DNA of 63,235 nt, counting the filler, from Nemertoderma westbladi (taxonomy: Eukaryota; Animalia; Xenacoelomorpha), in assembly GCA_032718475.1 (NCBI GenBank). It is 3 parts of 3 records of this genome, joined end to end, with 100 filler letters (N's around TTAATTAATTAA, not from the genome) between each part and the next. Parts side by side here need not be neighbours in the genome. Positions count along the whole stretch, not along the records: positions 1 to 27,891 come from JAUCBJ010003436.1; positions 27,992 to 54,177 come from JAUCBJ010002473.1; 1 more part is not named here. The stretch is one strand, 5' to 3'. Below are positions 22,101-34,075 of this stretch, piece by piece. Each line of letters starts with the position of its first letter. The stretch's first letter is position 1. The position numbers and the translations under genes are program-made. The notes beneath the pieces are model-generated. The model worked only from the letters and a program-made list of their open reading frames with translations, had not been told where the DNA came from and searched no databases.

Positions 22101-23246
22101 GAAATATGTACTGTAATATATTTAACTTAAACTGTAACTTAGTACTGTAAAATATGCGCTTTCTGATTTTGTTTCTTATTTATCATTTATGTACTGTATA
22201 TTACTGTATATAGACAGCAAATGTCACCCTAAGCAAATTTAGGTAAAATGCTGCACGGCCTGTACTCCAGTGGCCTTGTGAATATCAAATCTTCCACAGT
22301 TATAAGCCCTGTTCGGGAGTTGCGATATTTCAAGAATTCAAAAAATCAAATATAAAAACTTTCTGTATTGGCTCTACTCTTTTTGCTTTCCGTTTTTGGT
22401 TAGCCTCCCCCTTACTATACTGCCTTATGTAGAGAAAACTAAATAAGTGTTTTATTATTGAAAGGCATTAGTCCTACTGTTACAGAAAGTTTATGACATG
22501 TACGGTAGGTACCGGTACTGGGTAGGCCTACACTACTGCTATACAGTATAACCTGATTATTTTTTTGGTAATGAAATAAATTATGGTAACTACTGTGCAG
22601 TATGTGTGAAGCTTTTGTTCAATAAAATATGTATAAAATTATGGCAATTGTGGAAAGCTTAGTTCAAAAATGAACTGTTTGAAATGATAATTTGAAATAT
22701 ACACCTTGGTCCTATTAATTTCATGAGTTGAGATACAACGGAAAATGTTTTATTTTGTGTTATCATTTTTGCATTATGGGGATGACAGAGTTCGAATTGC
22801 AATTGGGGTATTTCGTATTTGACACATGTTAGATGGCCTGGCATTCCTCACTGTCCAGCCACCACTGGAAATGCTTCACTCCAACAACAAATAAACACAG
22901 GTTAAAGTAACCAATCATATCCAAGTTCTATGACTTGGATCAGTATAAGCTGGTCCTGGTATACGTGTAAGTAAGTAAAGTAAGCTGGTATAAGAGTAAC
23001 AGGAGCAGAGCATGTATTGAATGGAATACACATGGGGAGGCAGGCCATGTGGCTATACTGTAGCCATCCCCTTGAAAAGAAAGTATAAAAATCCCCTAAA
23101 ATTTCACTATCATCAGAAGTGAAATTAAGCCATAGCGCTTTAATCCCTTGCCTGTTGCCTTGAGTTCACATCTCCCCGGAGGTCATGTGTTCGATGTTCG
23201 AACCTCGCAAATGGGCCATGGGAGTTCACTTTCTACCAGTTTACCT

Positions 23247-24361
23247 GGATAGGTCTAATTAAGGACAATACTGTTGTATTGAGGACAACAGTTAAAAAAA
23301 CCTACCAACAATCAGAAAAACTCACCAACAGTTACAAAACAGTCCCAGATAGTCTACCAACAGTCACCAACACTCAAATTCCGATTATCTAAATGGGGTT
23401 CCTTAAATTCTAAATAATCAAAATCATATCAGCTGATATCCGTAACTAAGTAATTACGTCATTCTGTACTGAACCGTACAGCAGTAGGCCTAGGCCTACC
23501 GAACCGATACAGTTGTTATCACAGTAGGCTATTATTACTGGTATGGAATCCGGGAACGGCAAGGACGACGTTGGTCTAGTTTAGTTTGCGGTACCGAAAC
23601 AAGTCAAAGCACTGAGGATTAAATTGGGACAGACTGTTATTTTGTGTTGGTGTGACTGTATCGGTGGCGCCCATCAGTAGCCTACCGGTACAGCGGTAGG
23701 GTAGAAGAAAAGGGATCTGTACCCTCAACCGGTAACAAGTACTTTCGCAGCGAATACATTTCCATGGGATACATTTCCGTAAACTGGTATATTATCCAAG
23801 TTGACAGATCCCCATTATTTCTTCTACCCTACTAGCACCAATGGCCGCCACCGGTACGGCAGTACATGTACAGTACAGTCGCGGCCATACTGCCATATAT
23901 TAACAGACGTCTGTCACATCAACACCAAATAACAGTCTGTCGCAATTTAATCCTCAGTGTTTTGACTTGTGTTGGTACCGCAAACTAAACTAGACCAACG
24001 TCGTCCTTGCCGTTCCCGGATTCCATACTGGTAATTATAGCCTACCAGTACTGTGATAACAACTGTATCGGTTCGGTAGGCCTAGGTCTACTGCTGTCCT
24101 GTACAGTACAGAACGACGTAATTTCCTTAGTTACGATATCAGCTCTCGACGATAATCAGATTTTGATTATTTCGAATTTAAGGAACCCCATTTAGAAAAT
24201 CGGAATTTTTTGAAGCTCTTGACTGTTGGTAGACTATCTGGGACTGTTTTCTAACTGTTGGTGAGTTTTTCTGACTGTTGGTAGGTCTTTTTTACTGTTG
24301 TCCTCAATACAACAGTATTGTCCTTAAACTAGTATTGTCCAGTATTGTCTTAGACCTATCC
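23247..24361. mobile_element. Foldback / Mutator-like non-autonomous element (1.1 kb, almost entirely inverted repeat)
   Basis: Termini GGATAGGTCTAA...TTAGACCTATCC; arms ~23247-23725 and ~23805-24361 are reverse complements; 9-bp TSD AGTTTACCT/AGTTTGCCT (1 mismatch). Confidence 0.85.
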
Positions 24362-25297
24362 AGTTTGCCTTTGGAGAGTACAGTTGTTGTACTATAGTTC
24401 TAGAGTTGTCGTTTAAGACATTCTGGCACTTTATTTCAAATTCTGTAACCAGCCTCTAGCAGGCCCCCACCCTATCATGTCTACTCTATTGTAGGGCAGT
24501 ATTCACAGAGGGCCACTACATGTATATTGTATAACATACTGAGTGAGGTATCGTTTTCTGCCCTCAAATTCTGATCTAAACCATTGACCATTGTTGGTTT
24601 TTCTGAGGTATAGTTGGTTGAGTAGACGGTCAGAAAAATTATTTTTTACAGACCCTTAAACATAGCAACGGGGATAATTTGCACGGCGGTCAAGAATTAC
24701 ATTTCGTTGTTACAGTAAATAATAACTTATCTTCGGCCACAAGGCATGCAATGAACACGAGTGAAAAAATATTGTTTCTATTTATAACTAAAAAAATAAG
24801 AAGGGGAAGAAGTCCGGAATGCGGAAGTGCAATAACATGAAACAAAGGAAAACTGAATAATAAATACAGTAATAGTACAATAAAATGGTAATTTATTGTA
24901 TCCTGCATCCTTAGTACAATTAAAATCTCCATAGCTCTACCACGACGTAAACGTGGTGCAAGAGGGCAGAATTGAAGCGTTTTGATTGGTCAGTTCGCTT
25001 TATTGGTCACTCTTCAGTACTCAATAGTGTCCCAGTTTCAAAAACTGAACCATTTTATTTTACTATTATTTATTATTAATTAATATTATTTTATTATACA
25101 GTTTTTCTTTGTTTCATTTTATTGCACTTCTTCCGTATTCCAGAGTTTTTCCCCATTTTATTTTAGTGCATCGCCATACTGTAGTTGAGTTACACAGTGG
25201 AAATAATACTGTATTGTATTGAGTGTGTCGAATGAAGGTTAATTGCGTCCCATGAGTTGAGCCTACTGTAGTGATTTAACTCAGTTAGCAACGGGTG

Positions 25298-25309
25298 GTT
25301 GCTGGCAAC
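25298..25309. promoter_or_regulatory. Candidate RFX X-box upstream of SPACA9
   Basis: GTTGCTGGCAAC with an adjacent TAGCAAC half-site, ~680 bp before the ATG of a motile-cilia gene; motif match only. Confidence 0.35.
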
Positions 25310-25985
25310 AATCTCATAATAGAACCCACCTACACAGTGCAATGCAGTGGTAACTCTCTATGTAGAATAAATATTAGGCCTAGGCATATATACCGCTTTA
25401 TTAACCGCAGACTGAGAGGCCAAGTTTGTGTTTATTATAAACAATAATTAATTGTAACTGTAGGTAAAATTAATAGGTACCGTACGTAGGTAGGCCTACT
25501 GCTTAATCTTGCGGTTCATTGATTTTGTAAAGATTGTATTGTATTATTAATACATGTTGCATTATGTATGTCGGTCTACAATATCTCCGAATCCGGTGGG
25601 GTGGGGGGGGGGGGGGGGGGCTTCTTTGCACTTTGACTACAAAATTGAACAACCCTCTCCCAGTAGGCCTAGAGCGTCGCCGGGGAACGGTGACCAGCGT
25701 CTCGGCCACACGGTTACAAAACGGCAAAATGGTCAAACGGAAAAAAAAACTACTAAAATTGTTACGTTATGTTAATTAGTAGGCCCTACTGTATGTATCG
25801 AAATTAAGCAGGGTATAGCAGGCATTACCATTGCCATTTTATAGTTTTTATTATAATGACATGGTACTGTAACCTGCTCCTTTCCCTCAATTAATATTTA
25901 ATATTATTAATTCCCCGAGAAGGAATAATAATTATTCGCGTTTTCAAACTGCAGAACTCATTATTTTTACAACAGTTTCTTGGAG

Positions 25986-26494
25986 ATGGCAAATCAAGTC
26001 ATCAAGGAAGAGGTTGCCAAGTTCCGTAAAAAGTACAACGCCTTAAGACAACAGCAGTTTACTTTCGTAAAAGCGTTGGCTTCATCTCGAGAAACTCATG
26101 GGAGAAAAACGGAGCCAGTGAGAAATATTAATGAGGTGAGTTGGGGGAGACGCAAGGTTAAGGGTCAACCATTTTGCAGATTATACTGTATATACACAGT
26201 AATTACACAATGAGGATTAATTTACTGTAGTGTCTATCTTTAGGAATTTAATATTGTTTCCAGGTTCGCGACTATTATGAAAAAACAACTAACACCACAG
26301 ACAAACGAGTGTTCGGGATGTTCCTGACTCTTGTTGAGGAATTAACGCGGTTTATTGGTGCCTTGCAGGACGAATCTCCGCAGTTTATGGTTCCTGAAGC
26401 CAACCGTCTAAGTCGCAATATCGGATACATCGCCCACCTACTTAATCCCAACTATGACTTATCGGATCTGCGTGTCTGTTACCCCAATGATGAG
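25986..26494 (+). CDS. SPACA9: Sperm acrosome-associated protein 9 (microtubule inner protein), first two coding exons; 3' part missing
   Basis: Exons 25986-26135 and 26264-26494 with a GTGAGT/CAG phase-0 intron; KYNALRQQQFTFVKALASSRE, TDKRVFGMFL and DLSDLRVCYPNDE match, from memory, vertebrate SPACA9 KYKLFQQQQLTFTAALEHCRE, TDRRVLLMFL and DLSSLRAKYPHDV. Confidence 0.85.
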
Positions 26495-27017
26495 GTACTG
26501 TAATTGCTGAAACCTACAATAATAATATTAATTAATCAGACCTTGTTTTCTATACTTTTGATTATTCGAAAATGGAAATACACTCATAAAGTACAGTAAC
26601 TCCATAATTGCATTTAATGTAGGCCTAATATAAAACCTTAAACAGTACGAACGTTGTATGACATTATACGATGGCTGATAACGCTTTATATTTGCGGGTG
26701 ATTATCCCGTAGCATCCATAGGATACAAAATAGAAGATACGCCCTTACTGTAACCGACTATAACACTAACAAATATACTTTCGTATAATTTAGTATTTCA
26801 ATTCTCGTATAAAATTACGACACCTGGTCGTTATTTTTAGTACTTGAAGGTAAGATTGCAGTGAGGCGAGGCGTTTTAAAATCCGGGTTCCATGCCATCG
26901 AGGACTACTACAGTAATACATACTGTAGAGGGAATAGATGTCATAGAATTACTTACTACTAACTAATTAATTCAGTGAGTGAATTAATCCAGATACTGTT
27001 AAAACACATCGCCGAGG

Positions 27018-27891
27018 CTACTACTACTACTAGGATCGGCATGCTGCATTGCAGCTGCATTTTTAAGAATGCTGTGCCGGCTTGTCAACAAAATTGCACC
27101 GCCACAACTCCCTATCACCCATGACATTTGCTAGATCATCCGCATCTTTAAGGCCAGTGTCCTTTAAGATGCGTCTCAAGAAGGTCATGGGCTGTCCACC
27201 ATGCTTATTCACTCCATGAGGCTGCCAAAGTACAAGATTATGCACTGGCTGGTCCTCACGGCGAAAGCAATGTCCTGCAAAGCGGAGGCGATTTTGGTCT
27301 AGTGTCAAGCTTGGGGGAACCAATGAGACACCTCCAATGTTATATAGTGTCTGGTTGGAGATGTGTGCATTGTACTTGACACAATGTACCCGGCGTAGCA
27401 TTCTTGTGAATGTGCCATCCAGAGATTTGGTGTCCTCAGCAGTTAGAGCCCAGCATGGACTCCCGTAGAGGAGTACTGGAACTACTGCTGCTCTAAATAA
27501 TCGGACCTTAAGTTTCCGATTAATTCTAGGTGACTTCCAAATCCTGGAAAGCCTATTCAAGGCTGCCCATGCCTTTCCCTTACGTATTCGAAGGTCCTCA
27601 CCTGACTTCCGGATCCATGATCCCAGGTAACAGAAGTCGTCCACATGCTCAAGCATACCATCCTTTGAGCTTATGCTCATCCGATCAGAGACTTGCTGAG
27701 GACTTTCAAAGTTAACTGTCAGAATTTTGGTCTTTCTGGAGTTAATAAAAAGACCAACACTAGAAGCAGCATGTTCTAATGAGCTGAGGAGCCGTTGGGC
27801 TCCCTCTAATGATTCTGAGAGTACTCCTAAGTCATCAGCAAAGTCTAGATCAGTTAGGTACTTGGCAGGATTTCCTCGACTTCTGGAGCCA
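27018..27891 (-). mobile_element. RTE-clade LINE 3' portion, cut by the assembly gap
   Basis: DLDFADD, DFCYLGS, RFAGHCFR; ends DKPAQHS* then a short UTR and (TAG)n tail; near-identical to copies at 39836 and 61876. Confidence 0.9.
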
Positions 27892-27991
27892 NNNNNNNNN
27901 NNNNNNNNNNNNNNNNNNNNNNNNNNNNNNNNNNNTTAATTAATTAANNNNNNNNNNNNNNNNNNNNNNNNNNNNNNNNNNNNNNNNNNNN
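27892..27991. other. Assembly linker N44-TTAATTAATTAA-N44
   Basis: Exactly 100 bp with a six-frame stop core at 27936-27947. Confidence 0.98.
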
Positions 27992-29804
27992 ACAATCCAG
28001 CCTACAAATATTTGAGTAATAACTATTACGGTACCTGAACAGACCACACAAACAAACACAGGCTAAAACACTGGCAGACTACGATCAAGCCTAAATAAAC
28101 TACAGTATATGCAGACTCTGAAACTGTTAGTTAGTATGCGTTCTAACACGGTAGTACGACTTATTCTTTAAGAGGGGATTGACCTTACCGCATATGGCTG
28201 CCCCAACTTACTAACGGCACTTTATCAGACAAACTCTACACACGCCGTAATCTCTCCAAACTCAACAACAGTCAGACAGCAGCTCAGCCTACAATTATCT
28301 GAACAATCTGAGCAGACTTACACGTCTTCAGCTCAATATTAACTTACTAGGAAATAAAACCGACAGAAATAAGTAGAATCTCAATAAAAATTCAGGGCTG
28401 CAGTCCCTGATTAAGTACTAAGACCTACCGGTATACAATAATCAAAATCGAATAATACTAAATGTACTTGTACAGCAGTACCGGTACCGGTGATGACAGT
28501 TAGGCCTACTGACCTACAGAAGTACCGGTTCAGTTTTACCAGTCACTACGGTATTTTGCAACCTTATTGCCTACTGCAATAAGATTACAAACTGTTACTG
28601 TTCGCGCTTTTGAAGACCTTTAGCAGTTTAACCTGCCAAAATTTATATGTCTTTTAGTTAATTAAAACACCTTTAGCATACGACAGTATTTTATGCTAAT
28701 AAACAAAACATTACCCGAAGTCAGCCCATGCGCGATCATTCACCCGATGGATCTACACCCGGGAGGCTGAATTCGGCTGCTTAAATTGTATTATTGCAGT
28801 GTAAGGTTGCAGCGTAAACTTACTGTATTATTCGATAGATCGTTAATAATTAATCTCTGACAGATATTATTGGCTTTCGGGAAATATTAACAGTTCCTTT
28901 AGGACGTGGCGCTTTATCTATTTAAACAGAACTAAGACTTATACTAAAACGCAACGATACCGCTTATGATTAAAGTATAAAGCGTATTCTTTAGGAAATA
29001 CTTTGTTACCAATCACAATCATACACACTATTCTGCCGACCGTCAGTATATTTGATCACACATAAAGAGAGCAGTAATTGACTCATGTAGTGTCTGCTAA
29101 ATAACATTAGATTCAATACACACCACATTGATATAAATCGCAATTGTTATGTATAGCAGGTCTCTCTAACCTGTAGTGTATCAAGAAAATTGGGAAATTT
29201 GGGTGATTTATCCGTATTATCCAAAGAGCATTATTTCCATCAACAAATAGGTACAATTAATAACTGACAGTAAATAACAGTACAAACAATATGATTAATA
29301 GTGAGTTAAGATTGATTAGTTAAGTAAGTGAGTAGGTTTGTTAAGGTAACAGTTTATACTTTCGATAATTCAAGCAGTTTTACTAGAGTTCTTCCCAAAA
29401 AGCCGGTGTTATGGCGAAAATGGGAACACAACAACAGAATCATATAAAATCATATGACTACTACCACTATACGAGTATACCAAAAACTCTTATTCCACGA
29501 AGCCCCGTTCAACACAGAGGATGAGCATAGAGATAGGAAATTCAGTTCAGTAGCGCTGGGATAGGTCGAAATCAACGCCTACGCAAATTCTATTGGCCGA
29601 CACGAACAGCAAGGCTAAGGCAACCTCTCTAAGCTAGTTGGCCGATTAAACTGAGCCCAGATATCTCCGTACAGCACATCAGCCAATAAGCTGGTAGCTT
29701 GCACTATTTTAGTTATAAATCCCTTTGAGAGTATTTTAGCGACTGGGGGGGAACTGGCCAGCAAAGGCAAACGTATCAGTTATCCCACAAAAGCTTTTAC
29801 ACCT

Positions 29805-32272
29805 CCCGTGGCTACATGTTGTTCATATAGTTCCGCCCGTGGCTACATTTTGTTCTTATAGTTCTGCCCGTGGCTACATTTTGTTCATATAGTTCCGCCC
29901 GTGGCTACATTTTGTTCATATAGTTCCGCCCGCGGCTACATGTTGTTCATATAGTTCCGCCCGTGGCTACATTTTGTTCTTCTAGTTCCGCCCGTGGCTA
30001 CATTTTGTTCTTATAGGTCCGCCCGTGGCTACATTTTGTTCATATAGTTCCGCCCGTGTCTACATTTTGTTATAGTTCCGCCCGTGGCTACATTTTGTTC
30101 ATATAGTTCCGCCAGTAGCTACATTTTGTTCTTATAGTTTCGGCAGTAGCTACATTTTGTTTTAATAGTTCTGCCCGTGGCTACACTTTGTTCTTATAGT
30201 TCCGCCCGTGGCTACATTTTATTCTTATAGTTCCGCCCGTGGATACATTTTGGTCATATAGTTCCGCCCGTGGCTACATTATGTTTTATTAGTTCCGCCC
30301 GTGGCTACATTATGTTTTATTAGTTCCGCCCGTGGCTACATTATGTTTTAATAGTTCCGCCCGTGCCTACATTTTGTTTTAATAGTTCTGCCCGTGGCTA
30401 CACTTTGTTCTTATAGTTCCGCCCGTGGCTACATTTTGTTCTTATAGTTCCGCGCGTGGATACATTTTGGTCATATAGTTCCGCCCGTGGCTACATTATG
30501 TTTTAATAGTTCCGCCCGTGGCTACATTATGTTTTAATAGTTCCGCCCGTGGCTACATTTTGTTTTAATAGTTCTGCCTGTGGCTACACTTTGTTCTTAT
30601 AGTTCCGCCCGTGGCTACATTTTGTTCTTATAGTTCCGCCCGTGGATACATTTTGGTCATATAGTTCCGCCCGTGGCTACATTATGTTTTAATAGTTCCG
30701 CCCGTGGCTACATTATGTTTTAATAGTTCCGCCCGTGGCTACATTATGTTTTAATAGTTCCGCCCGTGGCTACATTTTGTTTTAATAGTTCTGCCCGTGG
30801 CTACACTTTGTTCTTATAGTTACACCCGTGGCTACATTTTGGTCATATAGTCCCGCCCGTGGCTACATTATGTTTTAATAGTTCCGCCCGTGGCTACATT
30901 TTGTTTTAATAGTTCTGCCCGTGGCTACATTTTGTTCTTATAGTTCCGCCCGTGGATACATTTTGGTCATATAGTTCCGCCCGTGGCTACATTATGTTTT
31001 AATAGTTCCGCCCGTGGCTACATTTTGTTTTAATAGTTCTGCCCGTGGCTACACTTTGTTCTTATAGTTCCGCCCGTGGCTACATTTTGTTCTTATAGTT
31101 CCGCCCGTGGATACATTTTGGTCATATAGTTCCGCCCGTGGCTACATTATGTTTTAATAGTTCCGCCCGTGGCTACATTATGTTTTAATAGTTCCGCCCG
31201 TGGCTACATTATGTTTTAATAGTTCCGCCAGTGGCTACATTTTGTTTTAATAGTTCTGCCCGTGGCTACACTTTGTTCTTATAGTTCCGCCCGTGGCTAC
31301 ATTTTGTTTTTATAGTTCCGCCCGTGGATACATTTTGGTCATATAGTTCCGCCCGTGGCTACATTATGTTTTAATAGTTCCGCCCGTGGCTACATTATGT
31401 TTTAATAGTTCCGCCCGTGGCTACATTATGTTTTAATAGTTCCGCCCGTGGCTACATTATGTTTTAATAGTTCCGCCCGTGGCTACATTATGTTTTAATA
31501 GTTCCGCCCGTGGCTACATTTTGTCCTTAAAGTTCCGCCCTTGGCTACACTTTGTTCTTAAAGTTCCGCCCTTGGCTACATTAAGTTTTAATAGTTCCGC
31601 CCGTGGCTACATTTTGTTTTAATAGTTCCGCCCGTGGATACATTTTGTTCTTGTAGTTCCGCCCGTGGCTACATTTCGTTCTTATAGTTACGCCCGTGGC
31701 TACATTTTGTTCTTATAGTTCCGCCCGTGGCTACATTTTGTTCTTATAGTTCCGCCCGTGGCTACATTTTGTTTTAATAGTTCCTCCCGTGGCTACATTT
31801 TGTTCTTGAAGTTCCGCCCGTGGCTACATTTTGTTCTTAAAGTTCCGCCCTTGGCTACACTTAGTTCTTAAAGTTCCGCCCTTGGCTACACTTAGTTCTT
31901 AAAGTTCCGCCCGTGGCTACATTTTGTTCATATAGTTCCGCCCGTGGCTACATTTTGTTCATATAGTTCCGCCCGTGGCTACATTTTGGTCATATAGTTC
32001 CGCCCGTGGCTACATTTTGGTCATATAGTTCCGCCCGTGGCTACATTTTGGTCATATAGTTCCGCCCGTGGCTACATTTTGGTCATATAGTTCCGCCCGT
32101 GGCTACATTTTGGTCATATAGTTCCGCCCGTGGCTACATTTTGGTCATATAGTTCCGCCCGTGGCTACATTTTGGTCATATAGTTCCGCCCGTGACTACA
32201 TTTTGGTCATATAGTTCCGCCCGTGGCTACATTTGGTCATATAGTTCCGCCCGTGACTACATTTTGGTCATA
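29805..32272. repeat. 31-bp minisatellite (GTTCCGCCCGTGGCTACATTTTGTTCATATA), about 80 copies
   Basis: Period 31 (acattttgg at 31981 and 32012); variant monomers recur in ordered sets in 30150-31400. Confidence 0.97.
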
Positions 32273-32569
32273 TTATTAATATTTAATGTTAGAGAACTTC
32301 CGGAGATATATGAAAATACAAAGGTTCAAGTTCCATCCAAATACTAGAACGATATTTTGTTTTTGAACAGCTTAAGTATGTTAACAGAATTTATAATGAT
32401 AATTTTACGTCTCTGAAAATCCCGACATTACCAAACGTACTGAAATGTTATTGGTATTCTGGTCAGGGGGCATTCTTGTTGGTTCAATGGTCACTATATA
32501 ATAATCCTCAATGCCCTAGAATTTCGTAACCTCTCGCTCTGTAATTTAATATAGTGCTTGATTACAAGA

Positions 32570-32779
32570 ATTTAAACGCTACGCCGACAACCGACAACCA
32601 ACGCCGACAACCATTATTAATGCTAATTAATCTTATTTATTATTTGAGGGAAAGGAACAGGTTACAGTGGAAGGTTATTCTAACCAAAACAATACACGAG
32701 AGTCACAAACTCAGGTTACAATTTCATATTTGATGTTGTCGGCAGTGGTTGTCGGTTGTCGGTGTAGCGTTTATACCCC
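32570..32779. mobile_element. Small MITE
   Basis: Inverted repeats TAAACGCTACGCCGACAACCGACAACC / GGTTGTCGGTTGTCGGTGTAGCGTTTA. Confidence 0.6.
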
Positions 32780-32804
32780 TTGAAAGTTGAGTTAATCTAA
32801 TTTA

Positions 32805-33112
32805 AAAATTATCAACAAACGCGATAAAGCAAAAAAAAAACAGTGTAGGCCCTATAGCAGAATGTTGATGCCAAAAGATGCGGAATAAAATACGGCAACA
32901 GAAATGTTCATTGGATTGTAAACATGTCATCTTGGTAGATAATAATGCCGTTAACGGATAAACCCTCCCCCAAACTGTAAACACCCACCCACCAAATACG
33001 GTACACGTACTACTTTCTTTAATTTCAAATCAACCAATAAAAAAATAATTTTAGAAATTCAACTGGGTATATAAATTAAGCTAAAGATTATTTTCTGTTA
33101 TGATAGAAACAC
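32805..33112 (+). repeat. Dispersed ~300-bp repeat, second copy at 52238-52545
   Basis: Shared ATCAACAAACGCGATAAAGCAAAA...GTTAACGGATAAACC...TTTCAAATCAACC...GGTATATAAA blocks. Confidence 0.75.
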
Positions 33113-33205
33113 GATTCGATTCAGGTCAATCAAAATCAGTAACTAATGTAGATTAGCATAATTAATAATTTAATTTAATTACTTTAAAATAATGAAATTG
33201 ATAAA

Positions 33206-34075
33206 ATGGCTACTGAAGGTGAAGAAGTTGAGATATCTACTTTGAATGAGGAGAGTGACGTGGAAGAAAATTCTCCCAGCCCTTCTACAGAGGGTGAAGA
33301 ACTCCCTGACAATGTAGCACGATTTGAAGAGACTACAAAGACAGAACCAGAAGCACCGGGCATTAGGGAGAAGGATGTAAAAGTAAAGGAAAGTGCCAAT
33401 GACATGAATGGAAATGTTAAAAATGGAAGGAAATCCATTGGCTCGAAAGATCTGTCGTTTGATACAAGAAAAAAGTCATCCATCTCATCCCCAGGGACGG
33501 TACCTCGTCAAAGTGTGGCAACTCGACAAACTGTACTCTCGCGGACATCCAGAGCATTGCCAACGCCAGACGGTGTTGAGAAAGTCAAGACCAAGAAATC
33601 GGACTTGGAAAATACGAAAGAACAAAGAATCAGACAACTCCATAATGAGCGAAAAAGTGAACTCACAAGGCGAAAGAAAGCTGATGAACAACGACTCTTA
33701 TCCGACGACGAAAGGGCCATGAAGGATATCGACTACCAGAATTCACTTAATGAATTAGGTGCCGATCCTCTCTGTTATTATGCAAATGAAAGTAAGGAAC
33801 ATGAGGAAGATCTTGAACTGAAACCTCCCGGTGATGAGGAAGTAAAGCGTAAAGGTGACATTAGTCGGTTACATCAGAGGAATAAAGCGTATCGATACGG
33901 GATTCCGAAGGCAAAGCCGAGCCCAAGTCGTGACACAAAATTACTACAACGTGTAGAAGGTAATAGAGGAGAAACTACTTGGGAACCACAACAAACTGAA
34001 CCGAAGACAAACAAAGAACGACGATCGCGACCAAATATTGACAATGTCTTTGAGAAACTAATGAAAAAAAAGTAA
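33206..34075 (+). CDS. Hypothetical charged, largely disordered protein (289 aa)
   Basis: 870-bp non-repetitive ORF in AT-rich surroundings, AAAATGG start context, purine-rich coding-like composition; no family recognised. Confidence 0.55.
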   Translation: MATEGEEVEISTLNEESDVEENSPSPSTEGEELPDNVARFEETTKTEPEAPGIREKDVKVKESANDMNGNVKNGRKSIGSKDLSFDTRKKSSISSPGTVPRQSVATRQTVLSRTSRALPTPDGVEKVKTKKSDLENTKEQRIRQLHNERKSELTRRKKADEQRLLSDDERAMKDIDYQNSLNELGADPLCYYANESKEHEEDLELKPPGDEEVKRKGDISRLHQRNKAYRYGIPKAKPSPSRDTKLLQRVEGNRGETTWEPQQTEPKTNKERRSRPNIDNVFEKLMKKK

